Below are positions 27,794 to 38,117 of a stretch of 64,000 nucleotides of DNA, one piece after another; positions within the stretch are counted from its first letter, which is position 1, and every line of letters starts with the position of its first letter. The stretch comes from Methanobacteriota archaeon (GTDB lineage: Archaea > Thermoplasmatota > Thermoplasmata > SG8-5 > DAIRED01): positions 1-64,000 of the forward strand of contig JAZDNO010000004.1 of NCBI GenBank assembly GCA_043799545.1, read 5' to 3'. The notes beneath the pieces were generated by a model that saw nothing but the letters and a program-made list of their open reading frames with translations, did not search any database and was not told the origin of the DNA. Position numbers and translations under genes: made by a program.

Positions 27794-30700
27794 ATGCACG
27801 AACTTAGGACTAGGATATTGAACACGTTAGCCGCAGTGATGGTCGTCGTAGCCATGCTGGTCTCGGGGCTCGCAGTAGCCAACGTACCGCAGGTGACAAC
27901 CGCGGCGGACGGGGATGGCACGGCAACGATATGGCCCGGAACTGTCGTGGCAGGCAGCACGCAGGATATATACATTAACTACACCGTGCCTGCGGGGGAC
28001 ATACTCGTCAACGGAGGAATAAACATCTCGCGCCCTGGTGGATGGACGCCATTGCTTCAGAGCACGACCCCCGGAACGGCCGGCTACATCGACACGTCGC
28101 TGACGACAGCGCAGGCGACGGTCCTAACAAACTTGACTGATGGAATTACCGCTACAATCATCGTCACAACGGCCGCGCTGGTCGCAGGCGACATCATCCA
28201 TGTGGTATTCAGGCAGATGACCGCGCCAACCTCTTCAGCAACCGGAGTCTTTTGGTCCATGACTTCCGATACTGACGGGAACGGAGCATTTGGCTATCTG
28301 GGGACAGACCCGGAACTGGATATTATCGCTGGAGCACCGACAGCCTTGGAAATATATGCGATACCGGTCGCAACACCTGCTGGCACGCCGAGTGGAGGTT
28401 TCAGTGTTCGTTTGGTCGACACCTATGACAACCCGACACCGGCACTTGTGGATACGCCTGTCAGCCTTTTCACAACCTCAGGAACTGGGACTTTCCTCGT
28501 TAATCCCGTGACTATACTGACCGGAAATGTGGTTGTAAATTTCAACTACAACGACACGACGGCCGGTACATATACAATCACGGTCAACAAAACTGGGCTA
28601 ACCAATGACACCACATCCTACACAGTCAACCCCGCCGGGCCGGACCACCTCGTCCCCGTCGGCGGCCTGACCAGGACGATATACGCTGGTAACAACACCG
28701 GGCCGATACAGGTGACAGTATTCGACCAGTACGACAACACTGTCGGAGCGGGTATCCCGGTTCCGGTCTATGAGTGGGAAAATGGCAGCCTGGTTTCCGA
28801 CACAGTCAACACAGATGCAGCTGGTGTGGCAACGACGGCCTTCGCATCGAGTACAATCCCGATGGTCTATCACCTGACATTCAACGACACGTGGGCGCCG
28901 ACGGCGAACACGACATTCACGATAACGACCACAGGGCCGGTCGTCGAGGACACATCCGTCGGAACCGGTCCGGCCACGGGCTCCATAGCCTTCGACGAGA
29001 GGAGCATCATGATTCAGTTCGACCGAATGATGGACCCAGACAGCATAAACAGCAGCATCGCGTTTACCAACTGGGCCACTGGCGATTTGATTTCTGATGG
29101 TGTTGCAGAGTGGACATCGGACTTCAAGACGGTCTACTTCAACACCACGAGCGATTTCATGGGCGGTACCATGTACAACCTATACATCGGCACCGGGGCC
29201 AGGGCCAATAATTCGATTGGTTACGGTTACATGGCTGCGCCGTTCAGCGTAAACTTCACAGCCACCATACCGGACGACAGCATTCCCACCCAAGTTACTG
29301 GTGTCAAGGTCGTGGATAACCACGACGGGTCGCTGAACGTCAGCTGGCAGCACTCGGACGCGGACACGCAGCATTACTACATCGCTTACAGGACCGCGGG
29401 AAACGCGAACAACAACTACGATGAGGACAAGAACTGGTACACCGCGAGCGCGACCCCCACGTCAACCACCTTTGTATCAGACATGGAGTCGACCTACATC
29501 TCAAGCGAACTCCCGCAGAACTATACGTTAATCAACCCGACGTACACCTTCGTGCCATACCAGGTTTGGGTTTGGGCGGAGGACTGGTCCGGCAACGCGG
29601 GACCGGTTTCAGCGCCTGTGACCGTCACACCGTACGCTCCGACCATCGTCGGCTTCACGTACAGCCTTAGCAGCGCGTCCGATATGGCGGCGAACGTCAA
29701 TTTGACCAACACGATATCAACGACCTCCAGCTGGGACGACGGGTTCTATGCAATTAATAATATATACAACACGGTTAGGCAGTATGGAATGAACGCGTCA
29801 CATCCCTCCTACAAGACCAACTCGACCGCTCTCATGGCCGCCTTCGGCGCGTTCAACGCCGCGACTCCGTACACTTGGCTGAGGTGGAAGAACTTCACCC
29901 TCGCTGGAATGGGTGGATACATAAGTGGAAAGGTCACGGACAGCGCCAACAAGGTCATCGGAAACGCGACGGTCTCCGCGGTCCACAACTGCGACACTAG
30001 CTGGTACTCGGACCAACACGCGGGCCAAGGGGCCAGAACCTGGTGGACCGGCAACGGTTTCGGCGTTCCGGCGGGCTCGTTCTTCATATCCAACCTCCCG
30101 TATGCGAAGAAGGTTCCGTACTGGATGTTGAAAGTAACCGCTGATGGCTACCTCGAGACGACGAAGCATGACACATACACGAACACGTCGACCGCAGTCA
30201 TTAAACTCCAGAAGTCCGCCAAGGTCTTCGGAAACATCACCTACGCGGACGGCAAGGGTGTCTCGATGGCTTACGTTTACCTCTACGACAACATATGGGG
30301 CCAGACCTGGCAATCTGCCTGGACCAACGCCACGGGGTACTACGAGATGGGAACCGGGCTCAAGACGAGCAACTACACGATAAACATGGGCTACTACGAC
30401 CCGAACTCCGGTTGGAACTACTACTGGTACCAGCCGACATCGTCGAAAAAGGTCACTCTCACAGTCGATCAAGCAGTGAAGGTCGACTTCGTGATTCCTG
30501 TGACGAAAATCAGCGGCCGAGTGAAGTTCAACGCGACGCAGAACGCCACGGGCGGAACGGTCTATCTCTACAACACTAGCTACTCGAACTACCTCCCCAT
30601 AGCCGCCACGGGAATAAACTGGACAGGCGGATACCAGCTGGGCGGGTTCAAGGCTGGCAACTACCAGATAGAGATCAAGGCGCAGTACTACGAACCGAGC

Positions 30701-33340
30701 ACTGGGCAGGTCGTCTACTCGATGACCAAGCGGGAAAACCTGACATTCACTGAGGGCGAGCAGAAGGCAGTTGACTACACGATGAGCAAGGCCGGACGAT
30801 TGATGGGCAGAATCACCAACGCGGAAGGGAAGACTGTCGACGAATGCAGCATCAACGTGCGCAGCCAGCCAATTCTGAAGACTTTCATCTACGGTGACTG
30901 GAACTGGAGCTACGAGATGGAGGAGAGCTTCTGGGGATACGTCAACTGGAACGGCTGGTACAACGTCACCGGCTATGACTTCGAGGGGACTTTCACGGTC
31001 GACTTCGACGTGAACTCCAACACTCTCATGACCTCCGGCAACATCGAGGCATACGCCGTCCAGTACTCGCACAAGTCCCAGAGCACGAACGAGACCGGCG
31101 TAGTCGTCGCCGCAGGCGAGGTCAAGACGCTGAGCAAGACATTGCCCAGATCGGCGAACGTGCACGGGCGCGTTATGAACGCTACGACGGGCCTGTACTG
31201 GGCATCTGTCCGCGCATACGACGAGGACGGCAGCCAGGTGTGCAGCGGATACACGAACTCAACTGGATACTACGTTCTCGACTCCGCACTGCCAAGCGGA
31301 ACGTACAAACTGAAGGCAACTCTCTATGGATACAAGGAGGCCAACATAACCGTGACGCTGGTCGTGGGAACCAACCTGACCGCGCCGACGATAACCATAA
31401 ACGAGTCAACAATCGTTGCTCCTGTTTCAGCTGAATACAAGACGAAGAGCATCGCAGGTTATGTGCTGGATTGGGACGGCGACCCTGTCAATGGGGCGGT
31501 AATCTTCTACAAGAAGGCCGGCTCCAACGAAAGCTGGCAGCAGAGGTACACAACGGGCAGCCTGGGAAGCTACAACCTCACCTTCTCATACAAGACAACC
31601 TATACGGGCGAGTGGTACGAGACAATCGACATAATGGTGTCCAGCTGCATGGGCGAACCCGCGTACAAACTGGGCGTAGTCTTGGGCAACGGCACCTACC
31701 TGACCAAGCAGAACATCACCCTGACGAAGTCCGGTGAGATATCCGGAATCGTGACGGACGCCAACGGCGCGCCGATAAAGGGCGCATACGTATACGCCAA
31801 ATCTCCCGAGACGCCTGAGTACGGCGCGTACTCATACTACTGGAGCTACTGGTACTGGTGGTACGGCGGGTCTGGAAGGTACGGCAACGGATACGGGTTG
31901 AGCGTCACCGACAGCAACGGATACTACCACATATACACGGGAATCAACAAGACCGCAAGCAACCTGACGGTCGGGGTCTACATATGGCCCTACGGTTACG
32001 GCGAGGCGACGAACGTAACGCTGGTCGACGGAAAGGCGACAGGCGTGAACATAAAGCTTACTGGCTTCACCGGCACGATAGTCGCGCATGTCCAGGATGC
32101 GGAGGGCAACCCAATCGAGAACGCAAGCGTCTTCGTATACTCCGTTAACAGCCCGCGCACGTACATCAAGATGAACTGCACTGATGAGAACGGAACGGCG
32201 GTCATCGGCGAACTCGCGCCCGGCATATACGACGCGGACGCATGGAAGGGCGGCTACGAGCTGCAGACGAGGGCCGGCGTGACAGTCAGGCCATCAGACC
32301 CATCCATGGGACAGCGTTACTACGACGATTACAGAAGCGAGTCCGAAGCACCGACGACGACCGACCTATACTTCTCGCTGGGCAACGATGTCACACCTCC
32401 GACGGTCACAAGCGTGACACCGGAGGCGAACGCCACTGAAATCTCGAGGGACAACGCTTCGATAGAGGTCACATTCAGCGAACCGGTAAAGCAGGCCACG
32501 GCCGAAGGCGCCTTCTCCTTGAAGGGCACGGACGGCGTCGCAGTCGCAGGCACGTTCAGCTGGGACGAGACTGGAATGGTAATGACCTTCAAGCCAGGCT
32601 CAAGGCTCCGAAACCAGGATGTCTACACGGTGACGGTGGGCACGGGAACGGCCGACTACGCAGATTTGACGATGGCCGCGGCGTTCACGAGCACGTTCAC
32701 GACCGAGTGGAATCTGACGGTCGCGCCGACGACGTCGGCTACTCTATCGACCGGCGTTGTGGTCACAGTCAACGCTGTGATTGACGGCGATGGGACGATA
32801 TCGGTCGCGGAAGTGGCTGCACCGGACACAGATGACGAAATGGCCATCGGTGTCTACGTCGACATAAGCCTCGTGACCACAGACCCGAACTGCACGCTAG
32901 TCTACGCCATCATCGTGATAGACCTGAGCGGTTACACCCTCCCCGACGGATTCGACATCGCCGACTTCAAGATGTACTACTGGAACGGCGCTGCGTGGGT
33001 CGAGGCGGAGAACACCCAGGTGGACGTGGCGGGAAAGAAGGTCACAGCGAACGTCACCCACTTCACCGTATTCGCGGTCAGGTCGTCGGTCGCTCCCGTG
33101 GAGAGCGGAGGCGGCGGCATCGACCCGATTGTGATTGGAGCGGTGGTCGCGGTTGTGGTTGTGGTCCTGCTCGTCGTCGTAATGATGATGCGCAAGAAGC
33201 CAGCGTCCGAGGCGAAGCCTAAGGAGAAGGCAAAGAAAGAAGAGGGCGAAAAGAAGGACAAACCGGCCGAGGAAAAGAAGGCGGAGGAGCCAAGGGAAGA
33301 GAAGCCGGCCGAGGAGAAAAAGTCCGAGGAAGAAGCCTGA
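27794..33340 (+). CDS. Large membrane-anchored surface (S-layer/adhesin-like) protein with Ig-like, FN3-like and CarboxypepD_reg-like repeats
   Basis: Signal peptide; Thr-rich; repeated [IV][SAT]G[RKY]V...G.P[IV].[GN]A units; Big_5-like PPTVTSVTP; C-terminal TM helix and Lys/Glu tail; many N-x-S/T sites. Confidence 0.8.
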   Translation: MHELRTRILNTLAAVMVVVAMLVSGLAVANVPQVTTAADGDGTATIWPGTVVAGSTQDIYINYTVPAGDILVNGGINISRPGGWTPLLQSTTPGTAGYIDTSLTTAQATVLTNLTDGITATIIVTTAALVAGDIIHVVFRQMTAPTSSATGVFWSMTSDTDGNGAFGYLGTDPELDIIAGAPTALEIYAIPVATPAGTPSGGFSVRLVDTYDNPTPALVDTPVSLFTTSGTGTFLVNPVTILTGNVVVNFNYNDTTAGTYTITVNKTGLTNDTTSYTVNPAGPDHLVPVGGLTRTIYAGNNTGPIQVTVFDQYDNTVGAGIPVPVYEWENGSLVSDTVNTDAAGVATTAFASSTIPMVYHLTFNDTWAPTANTTFTITTTGPVVEDTSVGTGPATGSIAFDERSIMIQFDRMMDPDSINSSIAFTNWATGDLISDGVAEWTSDFKTVYFNTTSDFMGGTMYNLYIGTGARANNSIGYGYMAAPFSVNFTATIPDDSIPTQVTGVKVVDNHDGSLNVSWQHSDADTQHYYIAYRTAGNANNNYDEDKNWYTASATPTSTTFVSDMESTYISSELPQNYTLINPTYTFVPYQVWVWAEDWSGNAGPVSAPVTVTPYAPTIVGFTYSLSSASDMAANVNLTNTISTTSSWDDGFYAINNIYNTVRQYGMNASHPSYKTNSTALMAAFGAFNAATPYTWLRWKNFTLAGMGGYISGKVTDSANKVIGNATVSAVHNCDTSWYSDQHAGQGARTWWTGNGFGVPAGSFFISNLPYAKKVPYWMLKVTADGYLETTKHDTYTNTSTAVIKLQKSAKVFGNITYADGKGVSMAYVYLYDNIWGQTWQSAWTNATGYYEMGTGLKTSNYTINMGYYDPNSGWNYYWYQPTSSKKVTLTVDQAVKVDFVIPVTKISGRVKFNATQNATGGTVYLYNTSYSNYLPIAATGINWTGGYQLGGFKAGNYQIEIKAQYYEPSTGQVVYSMTKRENLTFTEGEQKAVDYTMSKAGRLMGRITNAEGKTVDECSINVRSQPILKTFIYGDWNWSYEMEESFWGYVNWNGWYNVTGYDFEGTFTVDFDVNSNTLMTSGNIEAYAVQYSHKSQSTNETGVVVAAGEVKTLSKTLPRSANVHGRVMNATTGLYWASVRAYDEDGSQVCSGYTNSTGYYVLDSALPSGTYKLKATLYGYKEANITVTLVVGTNLTAPTITINESTIVAPVSAEYKTKSIAGYVLDWDGDPVNGAVIFYKKAGSNESWQQRYTTGSLGSYNLTFSYKTTYTGEWYETIDIMVSSCMGEPAYKLGVVLGNGTYLTKQNITLTKSGEISGIVTDANGAPIKGAYVYAKSPETPEYGAYSYYWSYWYWWYGGSGRYGNGYGLSVTDSNGYYHIYTGINKTASNLTVGVYIWPYGYGEATNVTLVDGKATGVNIKLTGFTGTIVAHVQDAEGNPIENASVFVYSVNSPRTYIKMNCTDENGTAVIGELAPGIYDADAWKGGYELQTRAGVTVRPSDPSMGQRYYDDYRSESEAPTTTDLYFSLGNDVTPPTVTSVTPEANATEISRDNASIEVTFSEPVKQATAEGAFSLKGTDGVAVAGTFSWDETGMVMTFKPGSRLRNQDVYTVTVGTGTADYADLTMAAAFTSTFTTEWNLTVAPTTSATLSTGVVVTVNAVIDGDGTISVAEVAAPDTDDEMAIGVYVDISLVTTDPNCTLVYAIIVIDLSGYTLPDGFDIADFKMYYWNGAAWVEAENTQVDVAGKKVTANVTHFTVFAVRSSVAPVESGGGGIDPIVIGAVVAVVVVVLLVVVMMMRKKPASEAKPKEKAKKEEGEKKDKPAEEKKAEEPREEKPAEEKKSEEEA

Positions 33341-33538
33341 GCGCGCGCAAACAGCCTAAAACCTTTTATTTCTCTTATATTTTCGATTTTCTCGACTTTT
33401 CAAATACAATTTATAAATCCTTTGGCCCAAGAGAATGGCGGAAAATGATTTCAGGCCAGATACGACCTAACTCTCTGCTGACCAATTGACGAAAACCGTT
33501 AGGTCTATCCCCTCCCCCTTAGTAATAAAATTTAATTA

Positions 33539-33620
33539 TGCGGGGGAAGGGATTCGAACCCTCGAAGGACTAACCACAGGGTCCTAAGCCCTGCCCCTTT
33601 GGCCACTCGGGTACCCCCGC
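33539..33620 (-). tRNA. tRNA-Leu(TAG)
   Basis: Acceptor stem GCGGGGG/CCCCCGC; CAGGG-CTTAGGA-CCCTG anticodon arm; long variable arm; GGTTCGAATCC. Confidence 0.95.
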
Positions 33621-33716
33621 GCGAAAGCCGATTGATGGATGGGATATTAATACTTCAGGGCGCCCGCAATGTGCTCGAGGGATTCGGACAAAGCCGCCCT
33701 TCGGCCATGTTCCAGT

Positions 33717-34121
33717 TTAATACGCCATCTGCCTGGCGATTATTGAGAGCACGATGCCGATGAAGCCGAGTATCGAGCCTCCGATTGCGAAAGCTCCCTC
33801 CATGCCGTTGAGGTACCAGAGGACGAACGAGATGAGGAAGCCTATGAGCCCCATCCCCGCGCCCAGGGCGATTAGGAACTTGCCCACCCCCACCTTGTCC
33901 CACCCTATCAGAAGCCCGCCGAGTATGACCGCCAACCCGCCAAGCCCGGCGATGATGAGCAAATAGTAGAATATGTCGTGTACAAGCGGGTCGTTGCTGA
34001 CATAAGTGACTATGATGTCCCGTATGCTGCTCCACGCCGCATAGCCCGTGATACCGGCCAGGAGGAGGCACAATCCGCCCGCAATCGCCGCGTACATCGC
34101 TGGCTTGTTGATCAAACTCAT
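33717..34121 (-). CDS. Hypothetical membrane protein (4 Gly-rich TM helices)
   Basis: GGTGA RBS before ATG 34121; hydrophobic helices. Confidence 0.75.
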   Translation of the reverse strand: MSLINKPAMYAAIAGGLCLLLAGITGYAAWSSIRDIIVTYVSNDPLVHDIFYYLLIIAGLGGLAVILGGLLIGWDKVGVGKFLIALGAGMGLIGFLISFVLWYLNGMEGAFAIGGSILGFIGIVLSIIARQMAY

Positions 34122-34209
34122 TCTGTCACCTTGGTACTCCATGACCCGCCTACCATTAATATTTTCCCTAGTCGAAAGCGATTTACCCTTCTAGCGAGAT
34201 ACGAGTCGC

Positions 34210-34707
34210 GTGAACGACGGAGGATGGCAGAGGAAGGATCCGAACTCCCAGGCCTTGTTCGTCGGGATGGTCGCAACGACTGCCATTCTGGGAACGGTCT
34301 TCGCCATCCAGATTTTGCCGGAGAGCTTCGCATGGAACTGCTGCTGCGGGACGACTCTGCTGCTTATGCTCGGTTTCACTGCGATGGTGTTTTTCAACTA
34401 CGTCCGCGTGAACGCGTGGCACAAGGACTACAAACCCAGCCCGTCGAAGGTCCGCGAGTTCATCGAAGATGGGTTCCGGGTGCGGGGAATAGCTTACGAG
34501 AGGCGCAAGACCGGCAGCCCCGAAGGCTTCACGGCTCCAGAATGCGCATGGGAGGCGGTCCTCACCAACACCAAGGTCTATGTGAAAATATCCGATAGGA
34601 GCACTTTCACGCGGGTGTACGTGGGACCCGACGACCCGGCTTCCCAACCTTTGATTCAGGGGATACGGAAGGTCATCGACGAATCGATGGACGGGAGGCG
34701 CGCTTAA
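34210..34707 (+). CDS. Hypothetical membrane protein (2 TM plus soluble domain)
   Basis: ORF fills the gap between genes; two TM segments. Confidence 0.65.
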   Translation: MNDGGWQRKDPNSQALFVGMVATTAILGTVFAIQILPESFAWNCCCGTTLLLMLGFTAMVFFNYVRVNAWHKDYKPSPSKVREFIEDGFRVRGIAYERRKTGSPEGFTAPECAWEAVLTNTKVYVKISDRSTFTRVYVGPDDPASQPLIQGIRKVIDESMDGRRA

Positions 34708-35486
34708 ACACCAGAATACTTCGCCGCGTCCTCGCATTTGCACGCTGGCCTTTCTGGAACGAGCGGCACGACCGCCCTCATCAGCTTCTTGACGTTCTCG
34801 GTGTTTGCCGCCATCGTTGCCAATATCGCTTTAACTTCCACCGGTTTCTCGGCCCAGACGTCGTAATCGGTTATCATCGCCACCGAGACGTAGCAGATGC
34901 CGGCCTCGATGGACAGGTTGATTTCAGGGACGAGGGTCATCCCGATGATGTCCGCGTACTGCCTGAACATGCAACTCTCGGCGCGTGTGGAGAACCTGGG
35001 CCCCTCGACGCAGACGTACGTCCCCTTGGGATGCATGCGAAGGCCGAGCTTCTTGCCGTGCTCGCAGAAGAGCTTCGAAAGCTCCGGGCAGAACGGGTCT
35101 GCCGCAGGGACGTGATGGGTCTTCCCGCCGTCGAAGAAGGTGTACTGCCTGGTCTTCGTGAAGTCTATGAACTGGTCCGGGATGACGAAGTCGCCGGGTC
35201 TCATCTCCTCCTTGAGCGAGCCGACCGCGCAGGGCGAGATTATCGCTTTCACGCCGAGCTCCTTCATGGCCCAGACGTTGGCCCTGTAGTTCACGGCGTG
35301 CGGGGGGAAGACGTGGCCCTTTCCGTGGCGCGGGATGAATGCGACCAGCTTGCCGTCCAGCTCCCCGACTTCCACGGGGCTGGACGGTGCGCCGTATGGC
35401 GTTGACATCTTGAGAGTCTCCTTCGGCTGGAATATGCCTGACTCGTACAGACCTGACCCGCCGATTATGCCGACCTTCACGTTCAT
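34704..35486 (-). CDS. mtaP: S-methyl-5'-thioadenosine phosphorylase
   Basis: GIIGGSG, PRHG, VNYRAN, EGPRFSTRAES, IIGMT, TDYD. Confidence 0.95.
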   Translation of the reverse strand: MNVKVGIIGGSGLYESGIFQPKETLKMSTPYGAPSSPVEVGELDGKLVAFIPRHGKGHVFPPHAVNYRANVWAMKELGVKAIISPCAVGSLKEEMRPGDFVIPDQFIDFTKTRQYTFFDGGKTHHVPAADPFCPELSKLFCEHGKKLGLRMHPKGTYVCVEGPRFSTRAESCMFRQYADIIGMTLVPEINLSIEAGICYVSVAMITDYDVWAEKPVEVKAILATMAANTENVKKLMRAVVPLVPERPACKCEDAAKYSGV

Positions 35487-35563
35487 CTGCTCACCGTCCG
35501 GGGGATTGCGCGCGCCGATAATAACCTACCGCTACAATCAAATACGCCCAAGGGGATTAAAGC

Positions 35564-36769
35564 GTGATGAACGCGGGTCACGCCCAGCTCACGGCCGCGG
35601 ACAAGATTCTCCTCCACCTCAGGGAGTACTGGCTCGCCAGCGGGAAGCTCGAGTTTCCGGCCAACATAACCCAGCGCGGGATAGCAGACGCGACCCACTT
35701 GGTCCTGACGCACGTTCCGAGGGCGCTCAAGAGGCTGAGGGACGAGGGGCTCATCCGCGAGGTGAGCGGCCACATCGAGGGGGAGCGCAGGAGATACAAG
35801 GCGTACTTCCTCACGGATGACGGGATGCGCACCGCGACCAGCATGAGGGCGGAATTGCTCGCGTCCGAAATCACGATGAGGCGCGGGGATTCGCTGATAC
35901 CGATGAAGCTCGGCGAGGCCCTGGAGATGGCCGGACCGGGGACGGGATTGCTGGATGTCATCAGAAAGCTCGATGAGAATGGCGTGCTCGAGATGGGCGA
36001 CGCTGCCCGCAAGGCGGAGAAATCGCCCGTTTCTGACCTTTCCGAGGCGCCCGAGCGGGAGCAGTTCCACGACCGCGAGGAGGAGATGCGGCACGTGGAG
36101 TCGTTCGCCGAGACGCGGGGTTCGCGAATCCTGGCAATCATCGGCGGTGTCGGCCTGGGCAAGACCGCCCTCGCCCGCGAGTTCGCCGAGCGCCAGAGGG
36201 CGAGGGAGCGCATCGCGTGGATAAACCTGCACCGGTCCAGCACATACGATTCCATCTTCGCGCGGATGGCGGGATGCCTCGGAAAGGATGAGGGCTCGCC
36301 GACGGCCCCGGACGCCGCCGGGCGCAGGGCGGCGAGGATGCTGGACGAGGGAGACGGAATCATCATTTTCGATGATTACTACGATGTGCCAGAGGGAACG
36401 GTCGAATTCTTCCAGGCGATGGTGGAGGCGATGAAGGTTCCGGAGCGAGGCGCCAGGTTGGTCATATCGCTACGCGAGGACACGCCGTCCTACAACCGCT
36501 TCTACGGGCGGAGGGAGGTCGAGTCCGGCATCGTCGAGGAGCTGCACCTGCGCGGGCTGGGCCCCGAGGATTCCCGTATGCTGCTCGGCGTCCAGGGCAT
36601 AGACCCCGATGCGATGAAGCGCATCTACCTCCTGACGAAGGGTTCGCCCCAGGCCTTGAAATTGATAGCCGCGGGGGACTTCGCCCGCCTCAAGGAAACG
36701 ACGCGGTTCACGAACGAGGAGATAAGGCTCATCATGTTTCTAAAAACAGTAAAGGCCGTTGGAAATTGA
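35564..36769 (+). CDS. Winged-helix - STAND NTPase lacking a TPR sensor
   Basis: DKILLHL...ITQRGI wHTH; FHDREEE; GGVGLGKT; IIIFDDY; TKGSP. Confidence 0.85.
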   Translation: MMNAGHAQLTAADKILLHLREYWLASGKLEFPANITQRGIADATHLVLTHVPRALKRLRDEGLIREVSGHIEGERRRYKAYFLTDDGMRTATSMRAELLASEITMRRGDSLIPMKLGEALEMAGPGTGLLDVIRKLDENGVLEMGDAARKAEKSPVSDLSEAPEREQFHDREEEMRHVESFAETRGSRILAIIGGVGLGKTALAREFAERQRARERIAWINLHRSSTYDSIFARMAGCLGKDEGSPTAPDAAGRRAARMLDEGDGIIIFDDYYDVPEGTVEFFQAMVEAMKVPERGARLVISLREDTPSYNRFYGRREVESGIVEELHLRGLGPEDSRMLLGVQGIDPDAMKRIYLLTKGSPQALKLIAAGDFARLKETTRFTNEEIRLIMFLKTVKAVGN

Positions 36770-36799
36770 TTCCGATGGGAGTCTCCGGCACGCCGGGGA

Positions 36800-37228
36800 T
36801 TAAATGTCCAGCAGAACCTTGGCATACCCTTTCTCCTCGTTGACCTCCAGCATGTGGTACGTCACAGCCTTGATTCCCCCCCTGAGCCCGTGCCTCTCTG
36901 GGTCCATGCGCTCGCCGCGCGACTTTGAGCGCAGGGTCCATCTCTTCTCTGCCCCGCCCAATTCTATCTCAATATCGTGCTCGCACAGGAGAAGCTGCTC
37001 GCTGTCCATGTAGAACAGCATCTCGCTTAGCCAGGCGACCAGGAGCGCCTCCAGGTCCCCCGACTCCACGGTGATTGCCCTCACTTCCAGCGCCCTCACC
37101 TTTCCCAGGTCGCAGACGACTCCCGCCAAACCCTTGGCGGCCTCGGAGAAAATCTCCGCCAGGCTGGAACCGTAAGCCTTGACGCCCACGTCGGCAGTAT
37201 GCTCGAAATATTCGTATCGCCCGCACAT
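36800..37228 (-). CDS. Archease
   Basis: YEYFEHTADVG and IKAVTYHML motifs. Confidence 0.95.
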   Translation of the reverse strand: MCGRYEYFEHTADVGVKAYGSSLAEIFSEAAKGLAGVVCDLGKVRALEVRAITVESGDLEALLVAWLSEMLFYMDSEQLLLCEHDIEIELGGAEKRWTLRSKSRGERMDPERHGLRGGIKAVTYHMLEVNEEKGYAKVLLDI

Positions 37229-37303
37229 TGCTCCGCAATAATCTCCCTGCCTTTAAATTACTTGCTGATAGATTTTAATAATACGCACAACTTGGGAGTG
37301 GCC

Positions 37304-38110
37304 ATGAATGTCACCATCCTCGGCTGCGGAGCAATCGGCGGTACCCTGGCAAAGGCGCTACAAGGCATGGATGGCATCAGCGGCGTCGTGCTGTACGACA
37401 TACACTCAGACAAGTCTGAGGCGCTACAAGCCACTCTCCCGAAAGCCAAGCGCGCGGCGAGCCTGGACGAGGCAATCGCGGGCGGAGACCTCATTGTGGA
37501 GGCGGCCAATCAGGATGCTGTGATAGAATTTCTACCGAAGGCGCTGGCTGCCAGGAAGGACGTGCTCGTGCTGAGCGTCGGGGCGCTCCTGAACTACGAT
37601 TTCAGGGCGACCTGCAAAGACCTAGCCACAAAGAACGGTCGGAAGATTTACATCCCAAGCGGAGCGGTTGCCGGCATCGACGGCTTAGGCGCAGCCGGAG
37701 AGGAGCAGATTGACGAGGTCATCCTGATGTCGTACAAGCCGCCGGCAGCTCTGGAGGGGGCGGAATACTTTAAAAAACGAGGCATCGACCTGACCAAAAT
37801 CGACGGGCCGAAGGTCGTCTTCGACGGCTCCGCGCGCGAGGCCGTGAAGCTCTTCCCGAAGAACATCAACGTCGCCGCGACGATTTCCCTAGCTGGGCTG
37901 GGGTTCGAGAAGACGCGGGTAAAGCTCGTCGTGGACCCCAAGGCGACGAAGAACACCCACCGCCTGATTGTCAAGTGGAAGTTCGGCGAGATAGAGGCGT
38001 GGACACGCAACGAGCCGTTCCCGAGCAATCCGCGGACGAGCTACCTGGCCGCTCTGTCGGCGATATCGGCTGTTAAGAAGATTGCGGGGACTGTCTGGGT
38101 CGGAGTTTGA
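37304..38110 (+). CDS. nadX: L-aspartate dehydrogenase
   Basis: ILGCGAIG, VEAAN, IPSGAVAGID, FPKNINVAA, NPRTSYLA. Confidence 0.93.
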   Translation: MNVTILGCGAIGGTLAKALQGMDGISGVVLYDIHSDKSEALQATLPKAKRAASLDEAIAGGDLIVEAANQDAVIEFLPKALAARKDVLVLSVGALLNYDFRATCKDLATKNGRKIYIPSGAVAGIDGLGAAGEEQIDEVILMSYKPPAALEGAEYFKKRGIDLTKIDGPKVVFDGSAREAVKLFPKNINVAATISLAGLGFEKTRVKLVVDPKATKNTHRLIVKWKFGEIEAWTRNEPFPSNPRTSYLAALSAISAVKKIAGTVWVGV

Positions 38111-38117
38111 AGGACCG

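Noticed and set aside
29798-31165. 455-aa minus-strand ORF inside the surface-protein gene
   Set aside because: Antisense shadow of a strongly biased coding frame
33425-33535. 8-bp IR (GACCTAAC/GTTAGGTC) and weak C/D-like boxes between the surface gene and tRNA-Leu
   Set aside because: Short and imperfect; compatible with chance or a convergent terminator region
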